Shown: positions 8,409 through 17,700 of the stretch, one piece after another
Position numbering within the stretch: position 1 is the stretch's first letter
Layout of the letters: each line of letters begins with the position of its first letter
The notes under the pieces: model-generated
Database searches by the model: none
What the model was told of the DNA's origin: nothing
The model's input: the letters and a program-made list of their open reading frames with translations, nothing else
Translations under genes and position numbers: made by a program
Source: an uncultured Parachlamydiaceae bacterium
GTDB lineage: Bacteria; Chlamydiota; Chlamydiia; Chlamydiales; Parachlamydiaceae
NCBI GenBank assembly: GCA_963742415.1
Contig: CAVULX010000003.1
Coordinates: 672,001-736,000, forward strand
DNA: 64,000 nt
Reading direction: 5' to 3'

Positions 8409-10996
8409 CAGAGTTTCCCAAAAAAAACTACAAGTGGACAATCCTATTTTGGACAATTGGCTTGATATCCATCTCCGCCATTTCCATTCTCTTATTCAAT
8501 TCCACTATCCTTGCTCAAGCTCCAGCTCCAGGAGCTCCAGTGCCCATACCCTGTGTTGTAGATCCTAATCCCACCATCCCCACGACCGAAAGGATTGGGA
8601 TGAACATGTCTTTTTGGACCTCCTATGGAGCGGAGCAATACCAAAAAAATGTCATCATGAATCCGGGATTTGAAGGTCAAGTAGATAGGATTGTTGTCAT
8701 TGTAAGCCAGTCAGATCAAACAAGCTTTAGCGATGGACAAGGATTAGGCCAGCAAGATGGCCATTGGAATGGAGCCTCCTTCGAAGTTCGCTCAGGACAA
8801 TCTGTGGGGGCTACAGGCACGATTGAAAAATCGTTAAATCAAGGCGCGAACGGGCTGCCGCAATACTTCACAACCGGAGCTCCTCCTCCTGTTGCGGTCA
8901 ACGATGTGATCATCTTGACCATGGACACAACTCCAACTCCTGTCCAACAATGGTGGATTAATACAGCTTCTCTGCCTGCAGTTACGCTTGACAATTCTTC
9001 TGTGCCGCCAGGGAGCACCGGAACTTATGCTTTAATGCTGGCTCCTACAGATCAAGCCCCTGCTGAAGCGGATTCTTATCTCGATTCCATGAACTCCGTA
9101 GCTGGCAATTTGATTGTATTAACCGGAGATTGGCAATTTTCTTGTTGGCTGCGAGGGGAAGGCACTTCACCCTCTTTAGACGTATCTTTTCAACGGCTAA
9201 ACGGCACAGCACCCTTTTTTTCACAGAACTTTCCTGCCACTACTGATTGGCAGCAAGTTCAATACAATTTTACTCCCAATGATACGTCTGCTCCCGGGAC
9301 TTTGAAATTTGCTATGATAAATAACAGCATAGGTTCGCAAGTTTATGTGGATAATATCAGCTTAGGCCCCGTCCAGTCCTCCAATCCCCTTACACCCTGG
9401 CGGCAAGATATCATCGATATGTTGAAAGCGATCCGCCCTTCTTATCTGCGCGACTGGCAAGGGCAGCTTGCAGATACCTTCCGTAACCGGACGATCGATG
9501 TCTTTGGACGTCAATGCTGGACCATGAGGCTTACAGGGGGTGCCGGCAGTCCTTCGTTCGGCTATTCCATTCCCGATTTTCTTGAACTCTGTACACAGGT
9601 GCAAGCCACCCCTTGGATGATCATTCCAACCACATTAACAGACTCCGAGCTAACTCAATTCGGGCAATTCCTTGCGCAAAATGCAGACACTTCCAAGTTC
9701 CCTGAGATCGTTTTAGAATTCGGCAACGAAAACTGGAACTGGCTATTTCGTTCAGGGGGAATCCCAGTGCCGGCTGCACACGGACCTGTTGCTGACCGAG
9801 CTTTTGACTTTATTACAGCAGCCTCAGGACCTAACGTAAATATTAATCGAGTCATTAATGGGCAATTCTATAGTCCAGGACTTACACTTCAATTTGCACA
9901 AGCTGCCAGCCACTACGATACGATGGCAGTCGCCCCCTATTTCTTCCTGACAATGGACTCAGGTGGAGCTCAGGCGGACTACCTCACGGCGATGTTTACA
10001 GATAATAATGACCTTTTTGACCAAATATACACCGGGGTCCAAGGACTAAATAAAAAAATGGCTACATATGAGGAAAATTTGCACACGATGTCAGGAACTG
10101 AACCCGCGGCTAGTCGAGAGCCCTACGTCGCCGGTGCAGCGGCTGGAGCTGCTCTAGCAAAACGCCTCATTGATGGGATGTTCCACAACGCTTCACCAGA
10201 GCTGGTCTTTTGCTTTGCTCAATTTAGCTCCAATGCATTCGACGTTTCTGGAACAGTTAAACTATGGGGTACATGCCGTGATTGCAGTCCGACCAAACGT
10301 CTAAGGCCCACCGGCTTGGCCGTAAAAATGTTAAATCAGGTCATCAACGGCAGCCTTCATAAAATTAACCCGACACCACCTCCTGGTCCTGGTGGAACTG
10401 CAGGGACTTTGCCGCCAGCAGCGAATAACTTGACTCTCGGAGCTTTTAGAACCGACACTGCATGGGGTGCTGTAGCTGTCAATGCCAATTCAAGTCCCCA
10501 ATTGATTCAACTGCAGTTTCCCGATGATAGCCGCAGTTTGCCTGCCTATGTCAACGTCTTGAATTCAAGCACCCCCATGGACACAAATGAAGACGCAGAA
10601 AACGTCACCATCTCCCAGCAAAATTTTGTTCCGAATCAAAGAAATATCCAATTTACAATTCCGGGCTATGGATTGTGTGTTTTTACCTCTGATAGCATGC
10701 CCCAAACGTCCCAGTCTTTTTCTGGCTTGACTAATCCGACTGCTGTATCTAACCCTGCAACAGCTCCTGAAGCCTCTTCTGCTACAACTCAAACCCCGCA
10801 GCCTGAAGCGGCTACAACACCAGCAACAACTCCTGCAGAGCCGCCCGCAACGCCAACTGCTTCGCCATCTCCAACTCCTGCTGCAACAGAGCCAGCTTCT
10901 CAGCCGCCAACAAAACCTCAAAAAGGAAAGAAGAAAAAAAACAAAAGCAAACAGATTGGATTTTCTCAATCCCAGCCGCTTAGAAGCATCCAATAG
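8387..10996 (+). CDS. Membrane-anchored/secreted glycoside hydrolase (clan GH-A, GH51-like) with CBM-like domain and P/T/A-rich tail
   Basis: N-terminal TM/signal; NPGFEG CBM4/9-like start; LEFGNENWN acid/base motif; TYEEN candidate nucleophile; low-complexity tail ending KGKKKKNKSK. Confidence 0.7.
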   Translation: MSKQTSLAEFPKKNYKWTILFWTIGLISISAISILLFNSTILAQAPAPGAPVPIPCVVDPNPTIPTTERIGMNMSFWTSYGAEQYQKNVIMNPGFEGQVDRIVVIVSQSDQTSFSDGQGLGQQDGHWNGASFEVRSGQSVGATGTIEKSLNQGANGLPQYFTTGAPPPVAVNDVIILTMDTTPTPVQQWWINTASLPAVTLDNSSVPPGSTGTYALMLAPTDQAPAEADSYLDSMNSVAGNLIVLTGDWQFSCWLRGEGTSPSLDVSFQRLNGTAPFFSQNFPATTDWQQVQYNFTPNDTSAPGTLKFAMINNSIGSQVYVDNISLGPVQSSNPLTPWRQDIIDMLKAIRPSYLRDWQGQLADTFRNRTIDVFGRQCWTMRLTGGAGSPSFGYSIPDFLELCTQVQATPWMIIPTTLTDSELTQFGQFLAQNADTSKFPEIVLEFGNENWNWLFRSGGIPVPAAHGPVADRAFDFITAASGPNVNINRVINGQFYSPGLTLQFAQAASHYDTMAVAPYFFLTMDSGGAQADYLTAMFTDNNDLFDQIYTGVQGLNKKMATYEENLHTMSGTEPAASREPYVAGAAAGAALAKRLIDGMFHNASPELVFCFAQFSSNAFDVSGTVKLWGTCRDCSPTKRLRPTGLAVKMLNQVINGSLHKINPTPPPGPGGTAGTLPPAANNLTLGAFRTDTAWGAVAVNANSSPQLIQLQFPDDSRSLPAYVNVLNSSTPMDTNEDAENVTISQQNFVPNQRNIQFTIPGYGLCVFTSDSMPQTSQSFSGLTNPTAVSNPATAPEASSATTQTPQPEAATTPATTPAEPPATPTASPSPTPAATEPASQPPTKPQKGKKKKNKSKQIGFSQSQPLRSIQ

Positions 10997-11032
10997 AATC
11001 ATAACTCAGGTTCATAGCAAAGGATTGGAAAA

Positions 11033-12193
11033 GTGATTCTAGCCTTAGAAGTTATTGTCGCAATAATTTTGACTTTGGCCACATTGCCCGGAACTTTGGA
11101 ATTGCTCCTATTGACCTCGGCTGCCTTGTTTCCCTCTGCACCTAGTCGAACCAATAAAAAATCCACTCAAGCAAAACCTAAAACGGCTGTGATTATTCCA
11201 GCCCACAATGAGGAGTCAAATATTTCCCGCATCATCAAGAGCGTCCAAGGATGCCAGGGGGACTACGATATCATTGTTGTTGCTGACAATTGTACAGATC
11301 ATACAGCCCAAAAAGCGGAAAGCTATGGAGTTCGAGTCCTTACACGAAAAGATCCGGGCCGCTTTGGTAAGCATTATGCGCTGCAGCATGCTTTTACCCA
11401 TCTACTAAAAGAAGACTATGCTTTATTATTCATTGTAGATGCCGATGCCATCGTAGAACCCAATGTGATCGAAGAAATTCAAAATGCATATGCCAACGGA
11501 ATTCATGCCATGCAAGTGAAAAACTTATGTATGAACCCTCATGACTCATACTACTCCCGTCTCAAAAATATCGCCTTTACCGCCTTCGATTGGGTCAGGC
11601 CCAGAGGCAGGCAACGGTTAGGGCTTTCTGCAGGTTTGCTAGGTAATGGATTTGCCTTAAGTCGAGAAATCCTAGAGGCCATCCCTTTTGAAGAAGGATC
11701 TATCACAGAAGATCTTGCCTATCATCTCAGCCTTGTTAAAGCAGGTTATTCAATCACGTTTTTAGAAACAACAGGTGTGCAAGCCGAATTTCCTTTGCAA
11801 GTTAACGGGAGAAAAATAGAGCAAGCCCGATGGGAAGGGGGAAGGCTTCGTTTGATGTGGGATTGCCTTCCAAACCTATTAAAAGAGATAGCAAAAGGCA
11901 ATTTCCGATTGATTGAGCCTTGTTTTGATTTGCTTTTGCTGCCTCTTGGCTATCATGTCATCCTCTTGTTAATGCTGCTTGCCATTCCTTTATTCTATAC
12001 CCAAATCTTAGCCCTTGTTGGTCTCTTTGTTTTAACTTTCCATGTCTTAGTTGCTCTTAAATTTGCCAACGGCGGCTACAAAGATCTGCTCGCCTTGCTC
12101 ATGTCCCCTCTCTATGTCTTGCAAAAGCTCGGCCAGATAAAGCGCATCGTCCAAGAAGCTATCCACGTAAAATGGGAACGCACCCCCCGCTAG
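11033..12193 (+). CDS. Glycosyltransferase family 2 (cellulose synthase-like)
   Basis: IPAHNEE, VADNCTD, DADA, TEDL and QARW (QxxRW-like) motifs; terminal TM helices. Confidence 0.92.
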   Translation: MILALEVIVAIILTLATLPGTLELLLLTSAALFPSAPSRTNKKSTQAKPKTAVIIPAHNEESNISRIIKSVQGCQGDYDIIVVADNCTDHTAQKAESYGVRVLTRKDPGRFGKHYALQHAFTHLLKEDYALLFIVDADAIVEPNVIEEIQNAYANGIHAMQVKNLCMNPHDSYYSRLKNIAFTAFDWVRPRGRQRLGLSAGLLGNGFALSREILEAIPFEEGSITEDLAYHLSLVKAGYSITFLETTGVQAEFPLQVNGRKIEQARWEGGRLRLMWDCLPNLLKEIAKGNFRLIEPCFDLLLLPLGYHVILLLMLLAIPLFYTQILALVGLFVLTFHVLVALKFANGGYKDLLALLMSPLYVLQKLGQIKRIVQEAIHVKWERTPR

Positions 12194-12204
12194 AACATCT
12201 ATAT

Positions 12205-13683
12205 TCATTTTTTGTGGTAAGTCGCTTTAATCCCGTTAGCATTGGTAAACTCTAGACTGTCAGGTCTAGTTTCGCAATTGAGAAAATCGATCATTAAATT
12301 ATCAAATAGAGTAAAAAATTTGCATTTGCTTGATGCGTACAACTGTATTGGGGGCAAGCCATTCTTGAAATCAATAAATAAATTTTTATCTACCAGGTTG
12401 ATTTCAAGTTGGTCTTCACCTTTTACATAATGTCCTTCAAAAAGGGCTAGGCCAGAAGGGTCAACGGATATCGTTTTCTTTTCAATGAGTTCAAAATGGG
12501 GCCATCGATAAGTATCTGCGATGCTATTCAGAATTTCTTCCATTAGAATCCATCCTGAATCATTATTTATCATAATGACGGCACCTTGACCTCGAAAAGC
12601 AAATCCAAAAAGGCGCGCGATAAACCCTTCATCTTGCCCTCCATGGCCAAAGGCTAGATCTTTTCCTTCATTCTCTAAAAATAGCCCAAGACCCGAATCA
12701 ATTTCTTTATCACTGATTTTTTGCCGGGAGATCATCTCTTTCACATAATAGGGACTGAGAGGCTTTGTTTTTTCCTCTTTTAATGCCGTTTGAATATAGA
12801 CGATAAATTGGGCTAAATCTTTCGGAGTGGTCCACAACCCAGCAGCAGCCATCTCAGGATAAACATGCCATTTATCTTCAACGGCGACTTGGTTTAAATG
12901 ATACCCATAGGCAGCATTAAGTGAATAAGAGGGTGGTAGTGGTTGCGCAAATGTACTTTAAGACATCCCTAACGGTTTAAGCACATTATTTTGCACCCAA
13001 ACATCAAAAGGTTCCCCTGTAATGTCTTCAATTAATAGTTGCACAATTGTTGTTCCACCTCCGGAGTACTTGAATTCCGTCCCAGGTTTAACAATCACTG
13101 TAACTGGATCGGTATTCACGAGGGGCTTTTTTCCGTTTAGGATCTCTATAATTGTAGGAAGTGTCGATTGGGCCGAATACCCAAGAAACCCATGGACACT
13201 AGTCCCTGCAGTATGGGAAAGCAACCGTCGTAAAGTCACTTTTTCCTTCTTTGTATATTCATTGTCTTGGACTTTCCATCTTTTTAAGCGCAGATTGACC
13301 TCTTCGTCCAAAGACAATTTACCCTGTTGAACAAGCAAAAGAGCTCCAAATGCTGTGATTGATTTGCTAATAGAACCCCCCTGAAATAACGTATGCTCAT
13401 CAATCGGAGCAGATTTAGGATCATCTGAAATGTGCCCGTAACCGCGAGTCCATTCGATTTTGCCATCATTAACAACGGCTAAGCTGACGCCTGAGACTTG
13501 ATAATGTTTCATCCTCTCAAAGATGTTCCCCTTATTGTGTGGAGCACCAGCAATTAGGACCTTGAGGCGCAAGCCATTCTCAACCTCAATTTCTTTCGCG
13601 TGTATAGTCTCACTGACCTCTGCGGAAAGTGTGCTCACAATAAAAGTACTAAAAATAAATAAAATGATGTTCATCTTGTACAT
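12205..13683 (-). pseudogene. Beta-lactamase-family (class C-like) serine hydrolase with an in-frame TAA
   Basis: Signal peptide, SISK, LLSHTAG, YSG, AAAGLWTT and GHGG motifs; both ORF halves share a frame and read LGMS*STFAQPLPP across TAA at 12958-12960. Confidence 0.85.
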
Positions 13684-14048
13684 TCCAAGTATACCTTTCG
13701 ATATAAAAGCGGTTAATATAGAAAAAATTGTATCAGATCAAACTGTATCGGTCAAAGATGTCTCGAGTTTGGAAATTTTGTAAAAATTTTTTTACATTAT
13801 CAAATCTCTTTCGCCGCTGCCGCATACGCATCGAGCTGAGGAAAACCATTTGTACCAGGCTGAAAGCCTGCCATATAATAGCAAATTTCTTTGCTAACAA
13901 CTAACCGTAAACCGTTCTCTTGAAAAATATTGAAGGAAAATTCGAAACAAGATAGCATTCTTGTTTTTTTATGATGATAAAGACATATATCAATACTTAA
14001 ACACAACAATGCAGTTGTTATAACTGCGAAAGGATAAGGAGTTTTTTT

Positions 14049-14537
14049 ATGCAAACCGCTTCTGGTGTCTTTAATTTCAAAAACGGCCCATTTGAATATG
14101 GCCCTATCCCTCTTGACACTAATAGAGTCATAAGAAATGAAAGACAAATTCAATTTTCTCAAGATAAAAAAATTATTTCTAGTGATCACCCTTTAATAAA
14201 CAAATATCCTAATTTTTTCTCAAAATTTTTTCAGAATATGCCAAACGATCAATTGAGTATGACGCAAAGAAAAGAGGAAATTATGGCAAAAATAACCCCA
14301 TTTTTTAGGATCGGTTGCACCATAAAAAGTTGTACTGTTAACATATGCCCGATTAGCTATGAATCTGTTTTGCTTGGGGTTGCTTTTTTTGCCAACAACC
14401 AGCTCCTGGATTTAGATAAACTTCCACAAACTCCATTGCATATTGATGGGGATGAGGACTCTATTAATGGTAACCCTTTAAGCAATTTTGTCATTCCACC
14501 AGAGATAACCTCTGACACAATTTCGCTGAGGAATTGA
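14049..14537 (+). CDS. Hypothetical protein
   Basis: 162-aa ORF with an AAGGAG RBS and a downstream hairpin. Confidence 0.65.
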   Translation: MQTASGVFNFKNGPFEYGPIPLDTNRVIRNERQIQFSQDKKIISSDHPLINKYPNFFSKFFQNMPNDQLSMTQRKEEIMAKITPFFRIGCTIKSCTVNICPISYESVLLGVAFFANNQLLDLDKLPQTPLHIDGDEDSINGNPLSNFVIPPEITSDTISLRN

Positions 14538-14581
14538 AACGGGAGTTTCGTGAAAATAACAAACGAAAGCGTCAGATAAGA

Positions 14582-14609
14582 AAAGCCTGTGGAAGAATTG
14601 CCAGGCTTT
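14582..14609 (+). terminator. Possible intrinsic terminator
   Basis: aaagcctg...caggcttt inverted repeat 45 bp after the stop; weak U-tract. Confidence 0.35.
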
Positions 14610-14740
14610 CTCTTCCCAAAAATGCCTTCTATATAGCCTTTCAGGCAGATCATAATTATTAAAGATTTATTGACTTGACATTTCACCTTTTTGTCGTGTA
14701 AAAATTTGCTCTTTTTAATTCAGCAAACCCATCAAGAGCT

Positions 14741-17700
14741 ATGTCAAAATTAATTTTTACGCTAATTTTCCTTTTTTCTAGTCCGCTATTTGGAGCCAAT
14801 TCTCCCGCAGATTCATACAAAATGCCGGACTCCCTTTCCAATATGGAGGGGATCCCGTCATCGTTCGCTTACGGGTGTGTCAACGTGATCACAGGGGATT
14901 ATGTCGATGGGGAGACCGATATTGCTCTGCCGGGCATCGATCCTCTTACTCTCCAACGGTTCTATTCAAGCTCCTCAGGCGCTCGCGACCTGTCAGGCAT
15001 CGGCTGGAGCTTCAACCACCACGGATACGTCAGCGCCCATGTTCTCGAGGAAACCGAGAACTACTCCCAATATGGATACGATTTTTGCGACCACCGCGGC
15101 TCCAAGATGCATTTCATCCAAGACAGGATGGATTATGATAACCAACGTCCAGATATCAAGATCGATGAAACGGTCTTCTCAAAAGGGGTCACAAATTGCG
15201 GCGGAGGGGAGATAAGCGGCCGGACAAATTTAAAAAATATCCGCCTATACCATGGCAATCATGACTTGCATGCCACAGACGGCTCAGGCACAGATTACCG
15301 CTTTCAAAAATTTAAGAATATCCACAGAGTGCGCAAAATCGACCGGGTCAAACTTCCTAGCTTCAACCGCATCGTCTATGGCTATGATGAAAAGAGTGAA
15401 ACGTTGAAATCAATCAAAATGATCAACCGCGGCGGTTCCATCATCAGCTCTCTAAATATCTCCAAAGTCAAAGACGTTGAAAAGGAGGAATGCACCAAAG
15501 TAACTTCTAGCGATGGCAAAGAGGTTAAATACAAGTTCATCGACAAAAAACAAACTAAGCTTCTCGTCTCCTCTAACTTTTCTGCGCCCCTCGTTTATCT
15601 ATATGCAAAAGATGAAAAACAAAATCCTATTCACAAAATCATCCGTAAAGAGCTCCCTGAAGGAAGATATAAAAATATACAATACTTCGGCAAAAAAGAT
15701 AAAACCCTTATCAGAGGTCGTGTCGAGTCTATTCAGGAGCCGGCAGGAACCGACCAAACGCTTGTCACGACCGCTTCTTTCACTTATGAGCTCGATCCCG
15801 ACCGATGCCCCTATTCTAGAAAATATTCAGGAAAAACGCATGTCTTGGATGCCCTCCAACATAAAACGACCTACGCCTTTAATAATGAAGAAAGACTCAC
15901 CTCCATTCTCCGGCATGACAAAAATAACCGCGTTTATACTCAAGAGGATCTCTATTGGCGAAACAAAAAATTCCCTGAAAATACCTATCTCGCCGGACGC
16001 TCCCTCAAAACCGGCAGCGGCTTAACCCTTTTTTCTATCCATTTCGACTATAACCAGAACGGAAATATTATCTGCCAGACGTTGTATGGAAACCTCAAAG
16101 GCAACAATCAGGAGCCTCTTCTGATGGATGATTCCGGCATCCCCAAAAACAAAGCCAATAGCGATGAGCACAAGGTATCCTATACCTACACTGGCGGCGG
16201 CCGCAATCTTATGACCTCCGAAACCCACGCAACCTACAAAGTAGTCTACAAGTATCACAAGGAACAGGATGATCTTCTTGCCAAATTTATTCTCGCCGAT
16301 GGGAGCATACGTAAAAGGCATTTTTACGCCTACGACTGCAACGGCGCGATCACGCGGGAGATTGTCGACGATGGCAACACACAAAATGTGCATAACTTGA
16401 GCGGAGTCACCGAAAGGCAGATTAAGCATATTGTCAACACCTTAAACAACCCTTCAGGATTGCCAGAAATCATTACAGAGGCATACCTCGACCTTCAAAC
16501 ACAGCAAGAAGTCATTCTTCGCAAAACTAGAAATAGCTACGACATTCAAGGCAATATGATCTCGCAGGAGGTCTTTGGAGCAGATCAAAAGCATGCCTAT
16601 ACTCTGTATTGGGAATATGATGTACGGGGAAATGTTACCAAAGAGATTGATGCCTTGGGGCAGGTTTCTACCAAAAGGTATGACGCGAATAACAATTTCA
16701 TTTATGAACAAGGTCCCTGCCTTGAATATCATCATGAGTATGCTTACGATTTCATGGACAGGATGATCCGTAAAGAAAAAGTGGCTAACGATGGCACCCG
16801 CTGTGCTGAGACCTATCGGTACGATGTTTTAGGCAATAAAATTGCCAGCACAGACCGGCATGGCAATGAAACCCAGTACCACTACGATGAATTTAATCGT
16901 TTGACATCCACCTTATTGCCGCCGATTGCACTAGCTTCCGGAGAAATTGTGCGCCCCTCGATAATGCAGGAGTACGATCCGCTTGGCAACATAACAGTGC
17001 AAAGAACCGCAAATGAACAAACGCGTAAAAGCTATACGATCGGGGGAAAGCCCTACCTCATTGATCATGCCGACGGAACACAAGAAAGATTCCAATATCT
17101 GGCTAATGGCGACCTCAAAAGAGCCTACGCCAAAAATGGAACTCTGACCGTTTATTTCCACGACTATCAATCCCGTCCTGTCAAAATAAGCACTTATGCC
17201 GCCAGCGGCGAACTTATTGCTGAAAAAACTTACGTTTACAACGCCTTCCACCTCTTAAACGAGGTTGATGAATCAGGCTTGATAACTACTTATAGGTACG
17301 ATGGAGCAGGCCGACTCATCGAAACAAGGAAAGGAAGTCAAAGAACAGAACAGTTTTACGATGCTCTTGGAAGAGCTATGGAAACGCACGAATATGCAGA
17401 GGAAGGGAGATACATCTCAAAAATCAAGGTCTTAGATCTTCTTAACAAAATGGTTGAAGAACGGACAGAAGATGAGCAAGGGCGGGTCGCTAATCAAATC
17501 AACTACATCTACGATGCAGATGGCAATGTATCTCAGACAATCACCTATAATCAAGCCGGAGCTTCCACTGTTACCATCCGCTATAACATCTTTAAAGATC
17601 CGATAGAAGTCATTAATGCTAAAGGGGATCGGATTTTTACCACCTATGATTATTTTTATAAAAATAACTTAAACCAACGTGTTTGTTGTTCCCAGATGAC

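Noticed and set aside
13800..14189. 129-aa minus-strand ORF
   Set aside because: Overlaps the better-supported plus-strand gene and its promoter region; non-ATG start and no motif.
14675..14704. Promoter for rhs
   Set aside because: Perfect TTGACA but no convincing -10 hexamer at 16-18 bp.
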